From Candidatus Zixiibacteriota bacterium (GTDB taxonomy: Bacteria; Zixibacteria; MSB-5A5; GN15; FEB-12), in the NCBI GenBank assembly GCA_028289585.1, contig JANQPI010000042.1, positions 87,337 to 151,336 on the forward strand: a stretch of DNA of 64,000 nt, read 5' to 3'. Shown in pieces: positions 18,103 through 27,912 of this stretch. Within the stretch, counting starts at the first letter, position 1, and each line of letters begins with the position of its first letter. The notes beneath the pieces were generated by a model. It was not told where the DNA came from. It did not search any database and saw only the letters and a program-made list of their open reading frames with translations. Both the position numbers and the translations under genes were made by a program.

Positions 18103-20061
18103 CTAATTGAACTCGAACTGGGTTTCGTCGCGGCCTTTCTGCGCATCTGCATTCCCCGGATCACATTTCAGCGTCCGACCATACCACTCGAACGCATTCT
18201 TGAAATCCGAATTCACCTGTGCCTTGTCCGTTGTATTACCGGCGGCGCGCAGGTGATGAGCCTGTGCGATACTCAGCAACAACGCGGCATCCTCACAGGA
18301 CGACCCGGCCGCCACGTGACGATCGTACGCCTGCTTGAGATACCGTAGGGCGCGACTATAATCAGTACCACACTGCCCGGTCAAGTAGGCAATGCCTAGA
18401 GTCTTGTAGGGTTCCGGATTCTCCGGCTGTAACTGCGCCCAGCTTTCAAACCAGCTGACCGCGTCGGAGCAGCGATCCTGCTGCATGTAAATCGAGGCAA
18501 CAAACCGAACGGCATCTTCGTCCTCGGGCGAGCAGGCAAGAAACTTCTCAAGATACTCGGCCGACGCTGTCAGATAATCTCGATTCGGATCAAATGCTCC
18601 CTCATCAGCAGCCACCTCAACAGGGGCCTCGAAGCCAAAATCGTCATCCAGGAAGTCGTCAACTCCTTCGTCGCCACCACCCGTTGCAACCTTGTAGGCC
18701 GCAAAACCAGCGTTGCGGTAGATTCGGCACTCGGCCGAGTCAACACCCAGCGCAATCCGCTTGTCATAGTACGCTACCGCCTCGGCCGGCTTGTTCTGGC
18801 GCTGATACGCGAACGCGACGTTGTTGAGGAGTCGCTTCTGTTCCGGACGTGATTCGAGAGACTGCGTGTAAAAGCGAATGGCCGAGGTGAGGTCCTGCGG
18901 CTTCTTGTAGAATGCGGCATCGCCCCGCAACTGCGCGTACTCGGCCTGGCTAAAGGTCGGTGAATACTCAGTCGTCTGATTCCGCACCCACGACTCGTGT
19001 TGGGTAAAGGACGCCTGGGCACCGGCATAATCACCGAGATAGACTTTGGCCCGCCCGATATTGTAGTAGATATCACGCGGCTCGAACGGAATCGCGAGGA
19101 CCTTCTCAAGATTCTCAAGCGCCTGCTCGAATCCGTTCAGATTGATGTAGGCAAGACCGGTTTCGAAGAACGGGCGGACATTGGCCGAATCCACGGTTAC
19201 CGACGCCAGCTCAAAATATCGTTCGTAGGAACCAACAACGTTCTTGAACAGCTCCGTCCGCTCGGAAATCGAACGCGACGAGCGTGCGGCTTTCATGTAA
19301 ATCTCACCCGCCCGCCGCCAGGCCGGAGCAAACGTCGAGTCCTGCTGCAGCACAATCGCCAGCTTATCCAGAGCGCACTGGTAATCGCGGAGATCAAGAC
19401 AGGCCTCAGCCCAGTGGAAGTACGCCTCGGTCGACCCCTCACCCCCAATCGCCAACGCCTCTTCGTAGTACTGAATAGCCAACGGCGGAACACCCATCTT
19501 GAAATTGGCGTCGCCGAGGTTGATCAGGTACTCGGTATTGGTATCGTCAGCGAGATTCGCTTTGCGGAAGAAGGTATCAGCGTCGCTGTACTCGCCACGC
19601 GCCAAGGCAACCAAGCCCATGCCGTTATTGAAGCGCGCCTGATCAAGTTCCTTCTTGGCTCGCTTCAATCCCTCGGCGAGAACTTCATCAGCCTCGTCGA
19701 CTCGATCCAAACGCAGTAGCGCTCGACCGAGATAGTAGGCGGCATCGAGATTCTTCTTGTTCTTGTCCCGCGCGACCGAAAGTTGCTCGACAGCCTGAAG
19801 CCACGACTGACGCTGATAGTAGATATAGCCGAGGAGGGCATTGTTACCGTCCTCTCGCTCATCTTCAATCATCGCCGCCTGGAGCAATTCAATGGCGGTG
19901 GCGGTATCGCCAGCCCGAATCGCGTCCTCAATCGGCCGATCAACGTCAAGGTCGAACGAACTGACGTTTGGTGACAAAACCACGAGCGCCACGAGGACGC
20001 CCCACAGGAGCCCGCGATGGGCATGCAGTTGACGGTATAGCAAGGTGTTACGAATGTTCAT
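18103..20061 (-). CDS. Exported tetratricopeptide-repeat protein
   Basis: Signal-like N-terminus; many TPR motifs (AAYYLGRALL, YLINLGDA, IYYNIGRA). Start could be TTG 20112. Confidence 0.85.
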   Translation of the reverse strand: MNIRNTLLYRQLHAHRGLLWGVLVALVVLSPNVSSFDLDVDRPIEDAIRAGDTATAIELLQAAMIEDEREDGNNALLGYIYYQRQSWLQAVEQLSVARDKNKKNLDAAYYLGRALLRLDRVDEADEVLAEGLKRAKKELDQARFNNGMGLVALARGEYSDADTFFRKANLADDTNTEYLINLGDANFKMGVPPLAIQYYEEALAIGGEGSTEAYFHWAEACLDLRDYQCALDKLAIVLQQDSTFAPAWRRAGEIYMKAARSSRSISERTELFKNVVGSYERYFELASVTVDSANVRPFFETGLAYINLNGFEQALENLEKVLAIPFEPRDIYYNIGRAKVYLGDYAGAQASFTQHESWVRNQTTEYSPTFSQAEYAQLRGDAAFYKKPQDLTSAIRFYTQSLESRPEQKRLLNNVAFAYQRQNKPAEAVAYYDKRIALGVDSAECRIYRNAGFAAYKVATGGGDEGVDDFLDDDFGFEAPVEVAADEGAFDPNRDYLTASAEYLEKFLACSPEDEDAVRFVASIYMQQDRCSDAVSWFESWAQLQPENPEPYKTLGIAYLTGQCGTDYSRALRYLKQAYDRHVAAGSSCEDAALLLSIAQAHHLRAAGNTTDKAQVNSDFKNAFEWYGRTLKCDPGNADAQKGRDETQFEFN

Positions 20062-20590
20062 TGGCCCAAATTGCGGCAGTATATTCCGCTCTGGTCGGTT
20101 GTCAAGTGCCAATGTCGGCAGCGGATTGTACCGGTCTATTCACGTCGCGGCGACCCGACTGCAGCCGTCGCAGCAAACGACCAATCCCTCGTACCAACAC
20201 GCCAAGGATTGTCAGTGCCACAATCGGCAAGAGCGGTCGCCACGCTGTTACCAGGAGCCAGACAATCGTCGCACTGTTAAGCCAATGCGCAACTGTTTGG
20301 ATTTGGTTAGCGAGACGCCATAACCGTGCGGCTCTAGTCGTTGTACACGCTACCGATCGAGTTCTTTCCGATTGCCGGTCAGACGTCATGAACCAATCCT
20401 CATCCCGTTCTTATCAACCATAGGGGGACAAGATCGATGCCAACGCTCACCAAGCGCGCGCCAAGGCCGTGAACTTGTTATCGTTCAGGCAGATAGCTTC
20501 GATTCCTGCAAACTGCCGGAGCATCCGGCCGAGTCGATTCGCAGATTCTGCGATACGAGACGGGGCGATTCGGCGATGCGTACGAATTGA

Positions 20591-21694
20591 CTAGGGTTCG
20601 GGGTCGAGCCACCGGGGGCGAAACGTGGCCATACGAGGGGGGTGAAACTCAAGATCAATGACCCCGTCGAACGAAACAGCGGAGCCGTCGAAGCGACGCG
20701 CTGGCCAGAACGACAGATCATCAACTAACCGACCGAGCACACCACCGGAAGGGTCCTGACCCAACATGCGGGCACGACCCAACGTATCCACGCGCACGGC
20801 CACCCGCTCACGACCTTGCCACGAACCTCGCTGATCGAGTGACAGGGAGAGGGACGGTGACCGTGGTAACGGTGGCCACAGAAGTAACGACGTATCGGGC
20901 AGCACTTGCAGCCGCCATGCCTCCAGCGGTGCGCTCACTCCGTTATCCCCAGTCGCAGTCCACGCTGGCACCGGTTTGTCCCCTGCCTGCGGGTGGATCA
21001 CGACGATCCAGGCAGTGTCGGCAACTGCTGTGCCTTGCCACCGTCCCGTAGCAAAGTCGGCATACAGCGAGGCGCTCACCAAGTGGGCTGGTGACACCAT
21101 CGCGACCGACCACAGTAGATCATTGGCGATCAAACCGCCCGTTGAATCGACGATGACACGCATCACCGCATGAGGCGGGACGCTTTCAACAGAGGTCGTA
21201 TCGGTTGCCATGAAGTACGAAGGAAAACGCTCGATTGCTGGCAGCCGATAGCCATGATGAGCTGCGTAGGAACGCCAGTAGCGACTATCCACACTGGCAA
21301 CCGGATACGCGACTCGCAGCGCGGATTGACCCGAGAGAGCGATCAGACGTATCGCCACCTCTTGAATCGTAGGTCGTCCGAAGAGGGTCCCCGCACGAAA
21401 GGCAGAGTCGGTCCAGGCGGCACGGATGCTCGCGAGTCGGCTCGGAGCAGCGATCGAATGTTCGCTCTTGAGATCCCTGAGATCCCCACCCGGGCCAATC
21501 ACAGCCGTCAGCCGAATCTCATCAGCCGTAAAATCGATCGGAAGGGTGGGGGTGACGCGAAGTATGTTCTGACGAACTTCAGGGAGCTGGAGTGGACTGC
21601 TCGCATTGGCCATTCCGGCGAGTGCTACGACGACTAGCAGAGCGGGCGCCCAACAATTGCCCCGTCCGAAATGCCGCCGTATGGTACTTTGCAT
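20591..21694 (-). CDS. Exported protein with three degenerate TonB C-terminal-like repeats
   Basis: Signal peptide (WAPALLVVVALAGMANA); three repeats of V/I-x-V-D-x-x-G ... F-x-x-G/A...G-x-x-V. Start placed at ATG 21694 to avoid overlapping the flippase. Confidence 0.6.
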   Translation of the reverse strand: MQSTIRRHFGRGNCWAPALLVVVALAGMANASSPLQLPEVRQNILRVTPTLPIDFTADEIRLTAVIGPGGDLRDLKSEHSIAAPSRLASIRAAWTDSAFRAGTLFGRPTIQEVAIRLIALSGQSALRVAYPVASVDSRYWRSYAAHHGYRLPAIERFPSYFMATDTTSVESVPPHAVMRVIVDSTGGLIANDLLWSVAMVSPAHLVSASLYADFATGRWQGTAVADTAWIVVIHPQAGDKPVPAWTATGDNGVSAPLEAWRLQVLPDTSLLLWPPLPRSPSLSLSLDQRGSWQGRERVAVRVDTLGRARMLGQDPSGGVLGRLVDDLSFWPARRFDGSAVSFDGVIDLEFHPPRMATFRPRWLDPEP

Positions 21695-23230
21695 ATGTCG
21701 GAAGCAACGGAGCAGCGCCCGCTGCGGCAACAAGTTTCCCGTAACCTCGGTGTCGGCTGGTTGGCCTACGCCGGCCGCATCCTTATCCTGCTGCTCTTCA
21801 TACCGTACATTACCTCTCTTCTGGGCACGGATGGCTATGGCGTATGGGCCCTTGTGTTCCAAACCGCAGCCTACCTCGCTCTTCTTGATTTCGGCCTCCA
21901 GTCAGCAGTCGCTCGGTTCGTGGCCCGATTCACGTCATCCGATGGTCCCTCGCGGGTCTCGCGGGTGCTGGGAACGGCCACCAGTTTGTACCTTCTGATT
22001 GCAGCTGCGACCATCCTAGTTACCGCGGTCTTGGCTTTCGGACTCTTCGACCTGTTTCGCATCGAGGATGCCAACTGGAGGAACGACGGTCGGTGGGCGC
22101 TCCTGCTGATTGGCTGCCGCCAGGCGATTGTCTTTCTCCAGACACCGGTTACCGCCGCCCTCGCCGGCTGGCAACGTCACGATCTGCTTCAGGGGTGGTC
22201 ACTTGTCGAAGAGGTCACACGAGTCATTGCCATGGTGCTGCTGCTCTCGATGGGCGCCGGGCTGACCGCCCTCGCCATCGCCGTGGTTGGCGCGCACGTT
22301 GGTTATCAGGCCGTAGTTTTCATCTACTGGCGACGACGGCGCGGTCAGGTATCGCGCCATCTCACGTTCCGGGATCGCAGTGAAGCGCATGAGCTCTGGC
22401 GATTCGGGCGGGTTTCCTTTGCCGTTACCGGTCTCTATCTACTGCTCCTGAATCTGGACGGCGTCTGGCTCGGATTGACAATTTCTGCCACCGCTACCGG
22501 CCTCTATATTCCGGCCGCTCAACTGTGGTTGCATTTGCGAAACGCTGTCAATGTTGCGGCTGGACCGATCATGACCGCTGCGGCAAGATTGCAGAGCGAC
22601 CAGAACGGTTCGGGGATCGCTCAGCTCTATACGCGGGGCCTTCGCTACGGCTCATTCTTTGCGTTCTCTGTTGCATCCGGCACCCTCCTCTACGCTGAGC
22701 CGTTCGTACGCTTGTGGCTACCGGAAACGTTTTCTGCAACCGCCTCCGTTATGCGGATCCTGGCCCTCGGTCACGCCTTCTTCATCCCGCAGATCGTTGG
22801 CAATGCGATACTGGTCGGAACCAATCGCCACGCCGTGCTGGCGCGCTTACTCGTGGTGGAGTTAACGCTGAAAATCGTATTGGCCGTGGTCCTGATTCCG
22901 ACGTACGGATTAATTGGGATGGCATACGCTGCGGCAATCCCGCAAATGGCAATCTACGGTCTGGCCTATCCCCTTGCAATCAGTCGCGTGCTGAATCTTG
23001 ATTTGATTGCGACCGTCTGGTCGGGGCTCATTCCGGGCGGGGTGGCCCTGGCGACCATGGCACTCGCGGGAGGCGTCATGCGCATGGTCGTACCGCCGAC
23101 ATCGTGGCTGAGCTTCACAGGCAATATCAGCGTCTGCCTGCTGGCAGCATTGGCAACCGGCTGGTTTCTTGTCGATGCTCGGGATCGTGAGATCATCCTC
23201 AGTGCGCTTCGACGGCGACCACAGGCATGA
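21695..23230 (+). CDS. Polysaccharide flippase (Wzx/MATE superfamily)
   Basis: 12-14 TMs; LGTDGYGVW, LLDFGLQSAVARFVA, LIPTYGLIGMAYA. Confidence 0.85.
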   Translation: MSEATEQRPLRQQVSRNLGVGWLAYAGRILILLLFIPYITSLLGTDGYGVWALVFQTAAYLALLDFGLQSAVARFVARFTSSDGPSRVSRVLGTATSLYLLIAAATILVTAVLAFGLFDLFRIEDANWRNDGRWALLLIGCRQAIVFLQTPVTAALAGWQRHDLLQGWSLVEEVTRVIAMVLLLSMGAGLTALAIAVVGAHVGYQAVVFIYWRRRRGQVSRHLTFRDRSEAHELWRFGRVSFAVTGLYLLLLNLDGVWLGLTISATATGLYIPAAQLWLHLRNAVNVAAGPIMTAAARLQSDQNGSGIAQLYTRGLRYGSFFAFSVASGTLLYAEPFVRLWLPETFSATASVMRILALGHAFFIPQIVGNAILVGTNRHAVLARLLVVELTLKIVLAVVLIPTYGLIGMAYAAAIPQMAIYGLAYPLAISRVLNLDLIATVWSGLIPGGVALATMALAGGVMRMVVPPTSWLSFTGNISVCLLAALATGWFLVDARDREIILSALRRRPQA

Positions 23231-23287
23231 AGAAACCGCCGATCCCACAATCGGGACCGGCGGCTGGTACTCCAGGCTTCAACAAGG

Positions 23288-25597
23288 CTAGGCGTAGGAA
23301 AGCACTTCCTGAATCGCGTCGGTGATCTTCTCGGCTGTCGGCAAGCACGCGGCATCGCCGTCCATGCCGTAGGCGACGCGCGAGTTGATTGCATGAACGA
23401 TCTTGACGGGCGCCTCAAGGTGGAAGAGCGATTCGCCCTCGGTAATCAGCGAGGCGATTGACGGACCGATACCGCCCCAGAAACGATCTTCGGTAACGAT
23501 CACGACTTTGCCACACTCTTTGACCGCGGTGTGGATCGCCTCCTCGTCCATCGGCCGGATTGAGCGAAGGTCAACGATACGAACGTTAATGCCCTGCGCT
23601 GCCAGTGCCTCGGCGGACTTGTGCGCCATCCAGACCGTCGGTCCGAATGTAATGACCGCAATATCGGTAGCGTCGGCATTGTAAACCTCCGCCTTGCCGA
23701 ACGGGATCAGTTCCTCAAACGGCGGAATCTCCCGCTCAATGGTGATGCCCTCCCAATCGCGACGATTGTAAAGCGCCACCGACTCACAGAAGAGAACCGG
23801 ATCATCCGAAGCCCAAGCGGTCCTCAGCATACCGGCGGCGTCGTAGGCATTGGATGGAACCACGATCTGCAGACCGGGGATCTGCGAGAAGGTTCCGAGG
23901 TTCGCCTCGGAGTGCCAGAATGCCCCGGCGCCCTGCTTATAGCCACCATAGGTGCAGCGAATGACCATCGGCATCCGAACAACGCCTCCTGAACGCTGGA
24001 ACGTCGTACAGATGCGGTCTTTCAGCAGCTGATAAGCCGGCGAGATGTAATCGAGGAACTGGATCTCCGGCATTGGTCGACGGCCCTGGTAGACATGACC
24101 GGAAGCAATCGCCAGAATACCAACCTCATCAAGCGGTGTATTGAAGCAGCGGTGATTCCCAAACTCCATCTGGAGGTGTTTGGACACGAGGAAAACACCA
24201 CCCTTACCCTTCAGCTTCGCCTGCTTCTCCTTCTCCTCGACCATGTGGCCTGAGAAGTCCGCAACATCCTCACCGAACAACAGACAGTCGGTCGACAGCT
24301 GGAAGAGGTCGAACAGCGTGTAGTTGATCGCATGACGCATCGTCATCGGACCGGTTTTCTCCGGAACCTCCGGCGAGGTGAAGTACTTCTTCTCGTGGTA
24401 CTCGCGATAGTTCTTGGCACGATCAAAGCCGTCGCGCTTCGCGATATCGAGATACTTCTCCCACGTCATCTTCGTAACATCCCAGCTGTAGGCATTGACG
24501 ATCGAGAGAATCCAGTCTTTCGTCTTGGGCTTAAAGCCCTCGACGGCGACTGCGGAAAGCTCGGAGATTTCCGTGTCGAGTTCCGACCACATCGTCTCGA
24601 TATCTTTCGGCGTCAGAATCCCATCTTCAATGAGCGTGTTCGCCGTCTTGTAGATGCAATCGTTATAGACGTGCCAGTCGAGTTCGTCCGGATCCATGTA
24701 GAACGACTGATCATCGGAGCCCGAGTGCGATCCTTCCCGAGTCGTCTTGATGTTCATCAGAACCGGCCCGTTGCCCTCTTTCGTGTAGGCGTACGCCTCT
24801 TTGTAGGCAGCGAGCGTATCTTTCACGTCGGTACCGTCGACATGCATGATCTTCAGGCCGTGCTTGGTCAATCCGGCGAGTTGTACCGTGGGGTCACCAT
24901 CGGGATACTGCTCATGGACATTGACCGAAATTGCCCAGCCACAATTGTAGATCGCAAAGATCGCCCGGCACTTCTTGAATACCGTGTAGAAAACGGCTCG
25001 CGCAAACTCGACCTCCGACGTCGATCCTTCTCCGATAGCGAGTAGTGAAACGCCATCTTCGGGAAAAGCACCGCCGGGGAACTGTGACAGCTCCGAGACC
25101 GTATCGGGGTGCTGCATGGCGATCGCGACACCGGCGGCCTCCATGGCGTGCGCGCCTGTTGGCGAGGCCTGCGGAATGATCGCCAGTTCGGGAATACCGG
25201 GGTGCGCGGGGATCTGCATCCCTTTGTTGATCGCGCGCGGATCACCGATCGCCTCAAGCATCTTGTCCCAGAGCGTCACACCGCGAGCGAGATCGAATGT
25301 CTTGTTGCGGTAGTAGCCAGAGAACGGATCAAACGGATCCGAGAACTCGGCCAGCGCGACATCGGCAAGCTCCTTACCGCCGCAACCGATAAAGAAGCGG
25401 TTATAGCCTTTGCGGAGCAGCAGCTTCTCTTCGCGTTCAACGCGGCGAGCCGAAAGCATCGTGCGCATCATGCGCTTTAAGTCATTCGGTGTCTTACCGG
25501 AATACTCTTTCAGCGGCGCATTCGGATCGAGTTTCTTCTCGTCGGGAAGCGGACCATCGTAATTTGTCAGTGAGTCAATCAGGGCCAGCGTTTCCAA
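23288..25597 (-). CDS. 2-oxoacid dehydrogenase E1, alpha-beta fusion (probably branched-chain type)
   Basis: TTG start after AGGAGG; GEGSTSE, SHSGSDD, FGEDV, FNTPLDE, EIQFLDY, VDLRSIRPMD. Confidence 0.88.
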   Translation of the reverse strand: METLALIDSLTNYDGPLPDEKKLDPNAPLKEYSGKTPNDLKRMMRTMLSARRVEREEKLLLRKGYNRFFIGCGGKELADVALAEFSDPFDPFSGYYRNKTFDLARGVTLWDKMLEAIGDPRAINKGMQIPAHPGIPELAIIPQASPTGAHAMEAAGVAIAMQHPDTVSELSQFPGGAFPEDGVSLLAIGEGSTSEVEFARAVFYTVFKKCRAIFAIYNCGWAISVNVHEQYPDGDPTVQLAGLTKHGLKIMHVDGTDVKDTLAAYKEAYAYTKEGNGPVLMNIKTTREGSHSGSDDQSFYMDPDELDWHVYNDCIYKTANTLIEDGILTPKDIETMWSELDTEISELSAVAVEGFKPKTKDWILSIVNAYSWDVTKMTWEKYLDIAKRDGFDRAKNYREYHEKKYFTSPEVPEKTGPMTMRHAINYTLFDLFQLSTDCLLFGEDVADFSGHMVEEKEKQAKLKGKGGVFLVSKHLQMEFGNHRCFNTPLDEVGILAIASGHVYQGRRPMPEIQFLDYISPAYQLLKDRICTTFQRSGGVVRMPMVIRCTYGGYKQGAGAFWHSEANLGTFSQIPGLQIVVPSNAYDAAGMLRTAWASDDPVLFCESVALYNRRDWEGITIEREIPPFEELIPFGKAEVYNADATDIAVITFGPTVWMAHKSAEALAAQGINVRIVDLRSIRPMDEEAIHTAVKECGKVVIVTEDRFWGGIGPSIASLITEGESLFHLEAPVKIVHAINSRVAYGMDGDAACLPTAEKITDAIQEVLSYA

Positions 25598-25882
25598 AGT
25601 ACGGCCTCCTGTGGGGCAGTCTGCTATCGGGATCGCAGGTAATCATTCGCTTATCGTTGTTTTTCGGTATGCGGACAGACCGCACCGTCCGGAGAGTATA
25701 CCGATTTCTACCATCGAGACAATGCTTATCACACCGGTCGATGCAAAATCCGGACGCTACCCAGGGAAACGGCCGAAAAGCCGACTCGGTTCTCCGACAA
25801 TCGGTAAAATCGCTTGAACCGACCGGCTCCCACACCCTAGGTTGCTGGTAGAACGTCACTTTGACGCAAGGGGATCTGACTT

Positions 25883-27895
25883 ATGCCACCGCGTGCTACC
25901 CGCCGTTCTCCACTCACCGCCAACGACCTCCTCCGCTTGCGGGTTGCGACCGGTGTCGCCCTGTCGCCGGACGAAGACCGGATCGCTTACGTGATCGAAC
26001 GGATGGACCAAGAGGAGAAACGCAAGTACTATAGCAACATTGAGGTCTACGACATCGATCTTGGCCGGTCGATCACGTATACCCACGGTGATCATAGCGA
26101 TGCCACGCCAACGTGGTCACATGATTCGGGTCTGCTCGCCTTTGTCTCTAACCGGAATAAGAAGACCGGTATCTACATCATACCCGCCGATGGCGGGAGC
26201 GAACGGCGGTTGATCGAACTCGATGCGTCGATCGCGTCGCTACAGTTCACTCCGGACGACCGGGAACTCGTTTTTGCGATGCGCTACAATGATAGCCATG
26301 CGGAAGCGGACGAGAAGAAGAAGAAAGATGCTCCGCTCTATCGGCATATCGATCGCCTGTTCTATCGCCTAGACGGCTCGGGCTTCAACCCAAAAGACCG
26401 CTTCGACATCTACGCCGTCGATATCGACTCCGGTCAACTGCGACAAGTAACTCGCAGCAGCCGGGACAACCACTCGCCGCACGTTTCGCCCGACGGCAAA
26501 CTGGTCGTCTATGTCAGTAACCGGGCTCAGAACGAGGACGTCAATCAGTCTCACGATGATCTCTTTGTCACCCCGCTTGCGGGCGGCAAGGAACGCAAAC
26601 TCGCGACGCCGCTGGGACCAAAAACATCACCGCGTTTCTCTCCCAACGGTAAGTCGGTAGCATGGATCGGGCACGACAATACCGACGACGGCTGGGGAAT
26701 CACCAACCACCACGTCTGGACCGTTGGTCTCAACGGGCGGCCCAAAGCGACTGATCTAATGCCAGGATTTGACCGCTGGGCTGTCGACCTGACGATCGGT
26801 GATCTCTCCGACGTTCATGATTCGGCGACCCTCTTCTGGTCCGATGACGGCAAACGCATCTACTTCCTGGCCTCCGATACCGGAAACACCAACGCGTACT
26901 ATGTGCCGTCAAAGGGTGGCAAGCCAACCCGCGTCTTCCGTGGCGACGTCCACATCCAGGCGATGGCGATGAACGGCGCGACCAAGCGAATTGCCTATGC
27001 CCTTTCGGACCTTAACACACCGTCAAAGGTCGCCTATGCCCCGGCCAAATACGAAGGCGAGAAGTCGGCCCAGGCGATTGGCGACTTCAATCCGTGGGTT
27101 AAATCTGAGAAAGTACTCGGCAAGACTAAGGAGGTGATGTTCGAGTCGTTCGACGGCACCCAGGTACAGGGGTTCGTGATCACGCCACCGGGCTTCAAGA
27201 AGACGCGAAAGTATCCGGCGGTTCTCATGATCCACGGCGGCCCGCGCGTACAATACGGCTATTCGTTCTTCCACGAGTTTCAGTATCTGGCAGCGATGGG
27301 CTATGTCGTCTTTTACACCAATCCGCGGGGTGGCCAGGGCCGCGGCGAGACCTGGGCCGCCGCAATCCACGGTGGCTGGGGGGAACTCGACTACAAAGAC
27401 TGCATGGCCGCTGCCGACTGGATGGAGAAACAACCGTACATCAACAGCAAAAAGATCGGTGTCGCCGGCGGGTCGTATGGCGGGTTCATGACCAACTGGA
27501 TTGTCGGACACACGCACCGATTTGCCGCCGCGATTACGATGCGATGTGTGTACGACCTCGATACGTTTGTCGGCACGTCGGATATCGGCTGGGAGTTACG
27601 GCGAGAATTCGATGGTCTCCCCTGGACCAATCCGGAGAACTACGCCAAGTGCTCACCCAAAACGTATGTGGGCAACATCAAGACACCGCTGATGATTTTC
27701 CATTCGGAGAACGACCTTCGCTGTGCGATTGAGCAGAGTGAACAGCTGTTCGTACGCTTGAAGCTCGACGGCAAGAAAGTCGAGATGGTCCGCTTTCCGG
27801 AAGAGTCACACGGTCTCTCGCGTCATGGCCGTCCTGATCGACGGATCGCACGACTGGAGTGGATTGACCGCTGGTTCGCAAAGTTTCTGAAGTAA
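25883..27895 (+). CDS. S9 family (prolyl oligopeptidase / acylaminoacyl) peptidase
   Basis: Beta-propeller SPDG repeats, IHGGP, GGSYGG, HSENDLRC, EESHGL. Confidence 0.92.
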   Translation: MPPRATRRSPLTANDLLRLRVATGVALSPDEDRIAYVIERMDQEEKRKYYSNIEVYDIDLGRSITYTHGDHSDATPTWSHDSGLLAFVSNRNKKTGIYIIPADGGSERRLIELDASIASLQFTPDDRELVFAMRYNDSHAEADEKKKKDAPLYRHIDRLFYRLDGSGFNPKDRFDIYAVDIDSGQLRQVTRSSRDNHSPHVSPDGKLVVYVSNRAQNEDVNQSHDDLFVTPLAGGKERKLATPLGPKTSPRFSPNGKSVAWIGHDNTDDGWGITNHHVWTVGLNGRPKATDLMPGFDRWAVDLTIGDLSDVHDSATLFWSDDGKRIYFLASDTGNTNAYYVPSKGGKPTRVFRGDVHIQAMAMNGATKRIAYALSDLNTPSKVAYAPAKYEGEKSAQAIGDFNPWVKSEKVLGKTKEVMFESFDGTQVQGFVITPPGFKKTRKYPAVLMIHGGPRVQYGYSFFHEFQYLAAMGYVVFYTNPRGGQGRGETWAAAIHGGWGELDYKDCMAAADWMEKQPYINSKKIGVAGGSYGGFMTNWIVGHTHRFAAAITMRCVYDLDTFVGTSDIGWELRREFDGLPWTNPENYAKCSPKTYVGNIKTPLMIFHSENDLRCAIEQSEQLFVRLKLDGKKVEMVRFPEESHGLSRHGRPDRRIARLEWIDRWFAKFLK

Positions 27896-27912
27896 GCGAT
27901 TCTGACGAACCA

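Noticed and set aside
20102-20389. 95-aa hydrophobic ORF upstream of the TPR gene
   Set aside because: No motif support; more likely leader or promoter DNA, though not excluded.
20427-20443. Sigma54-like TTGGCATCGATCTTGT on the minus strand
   Set aside because: The -12 GC dinucleotide reads GT; insufficient support.
21695-21862. N-terminal extension of ORF 20591-21862
   Set aside because: Overlaps the conserved flippase N-terminus; the signal peptide follows Met57.
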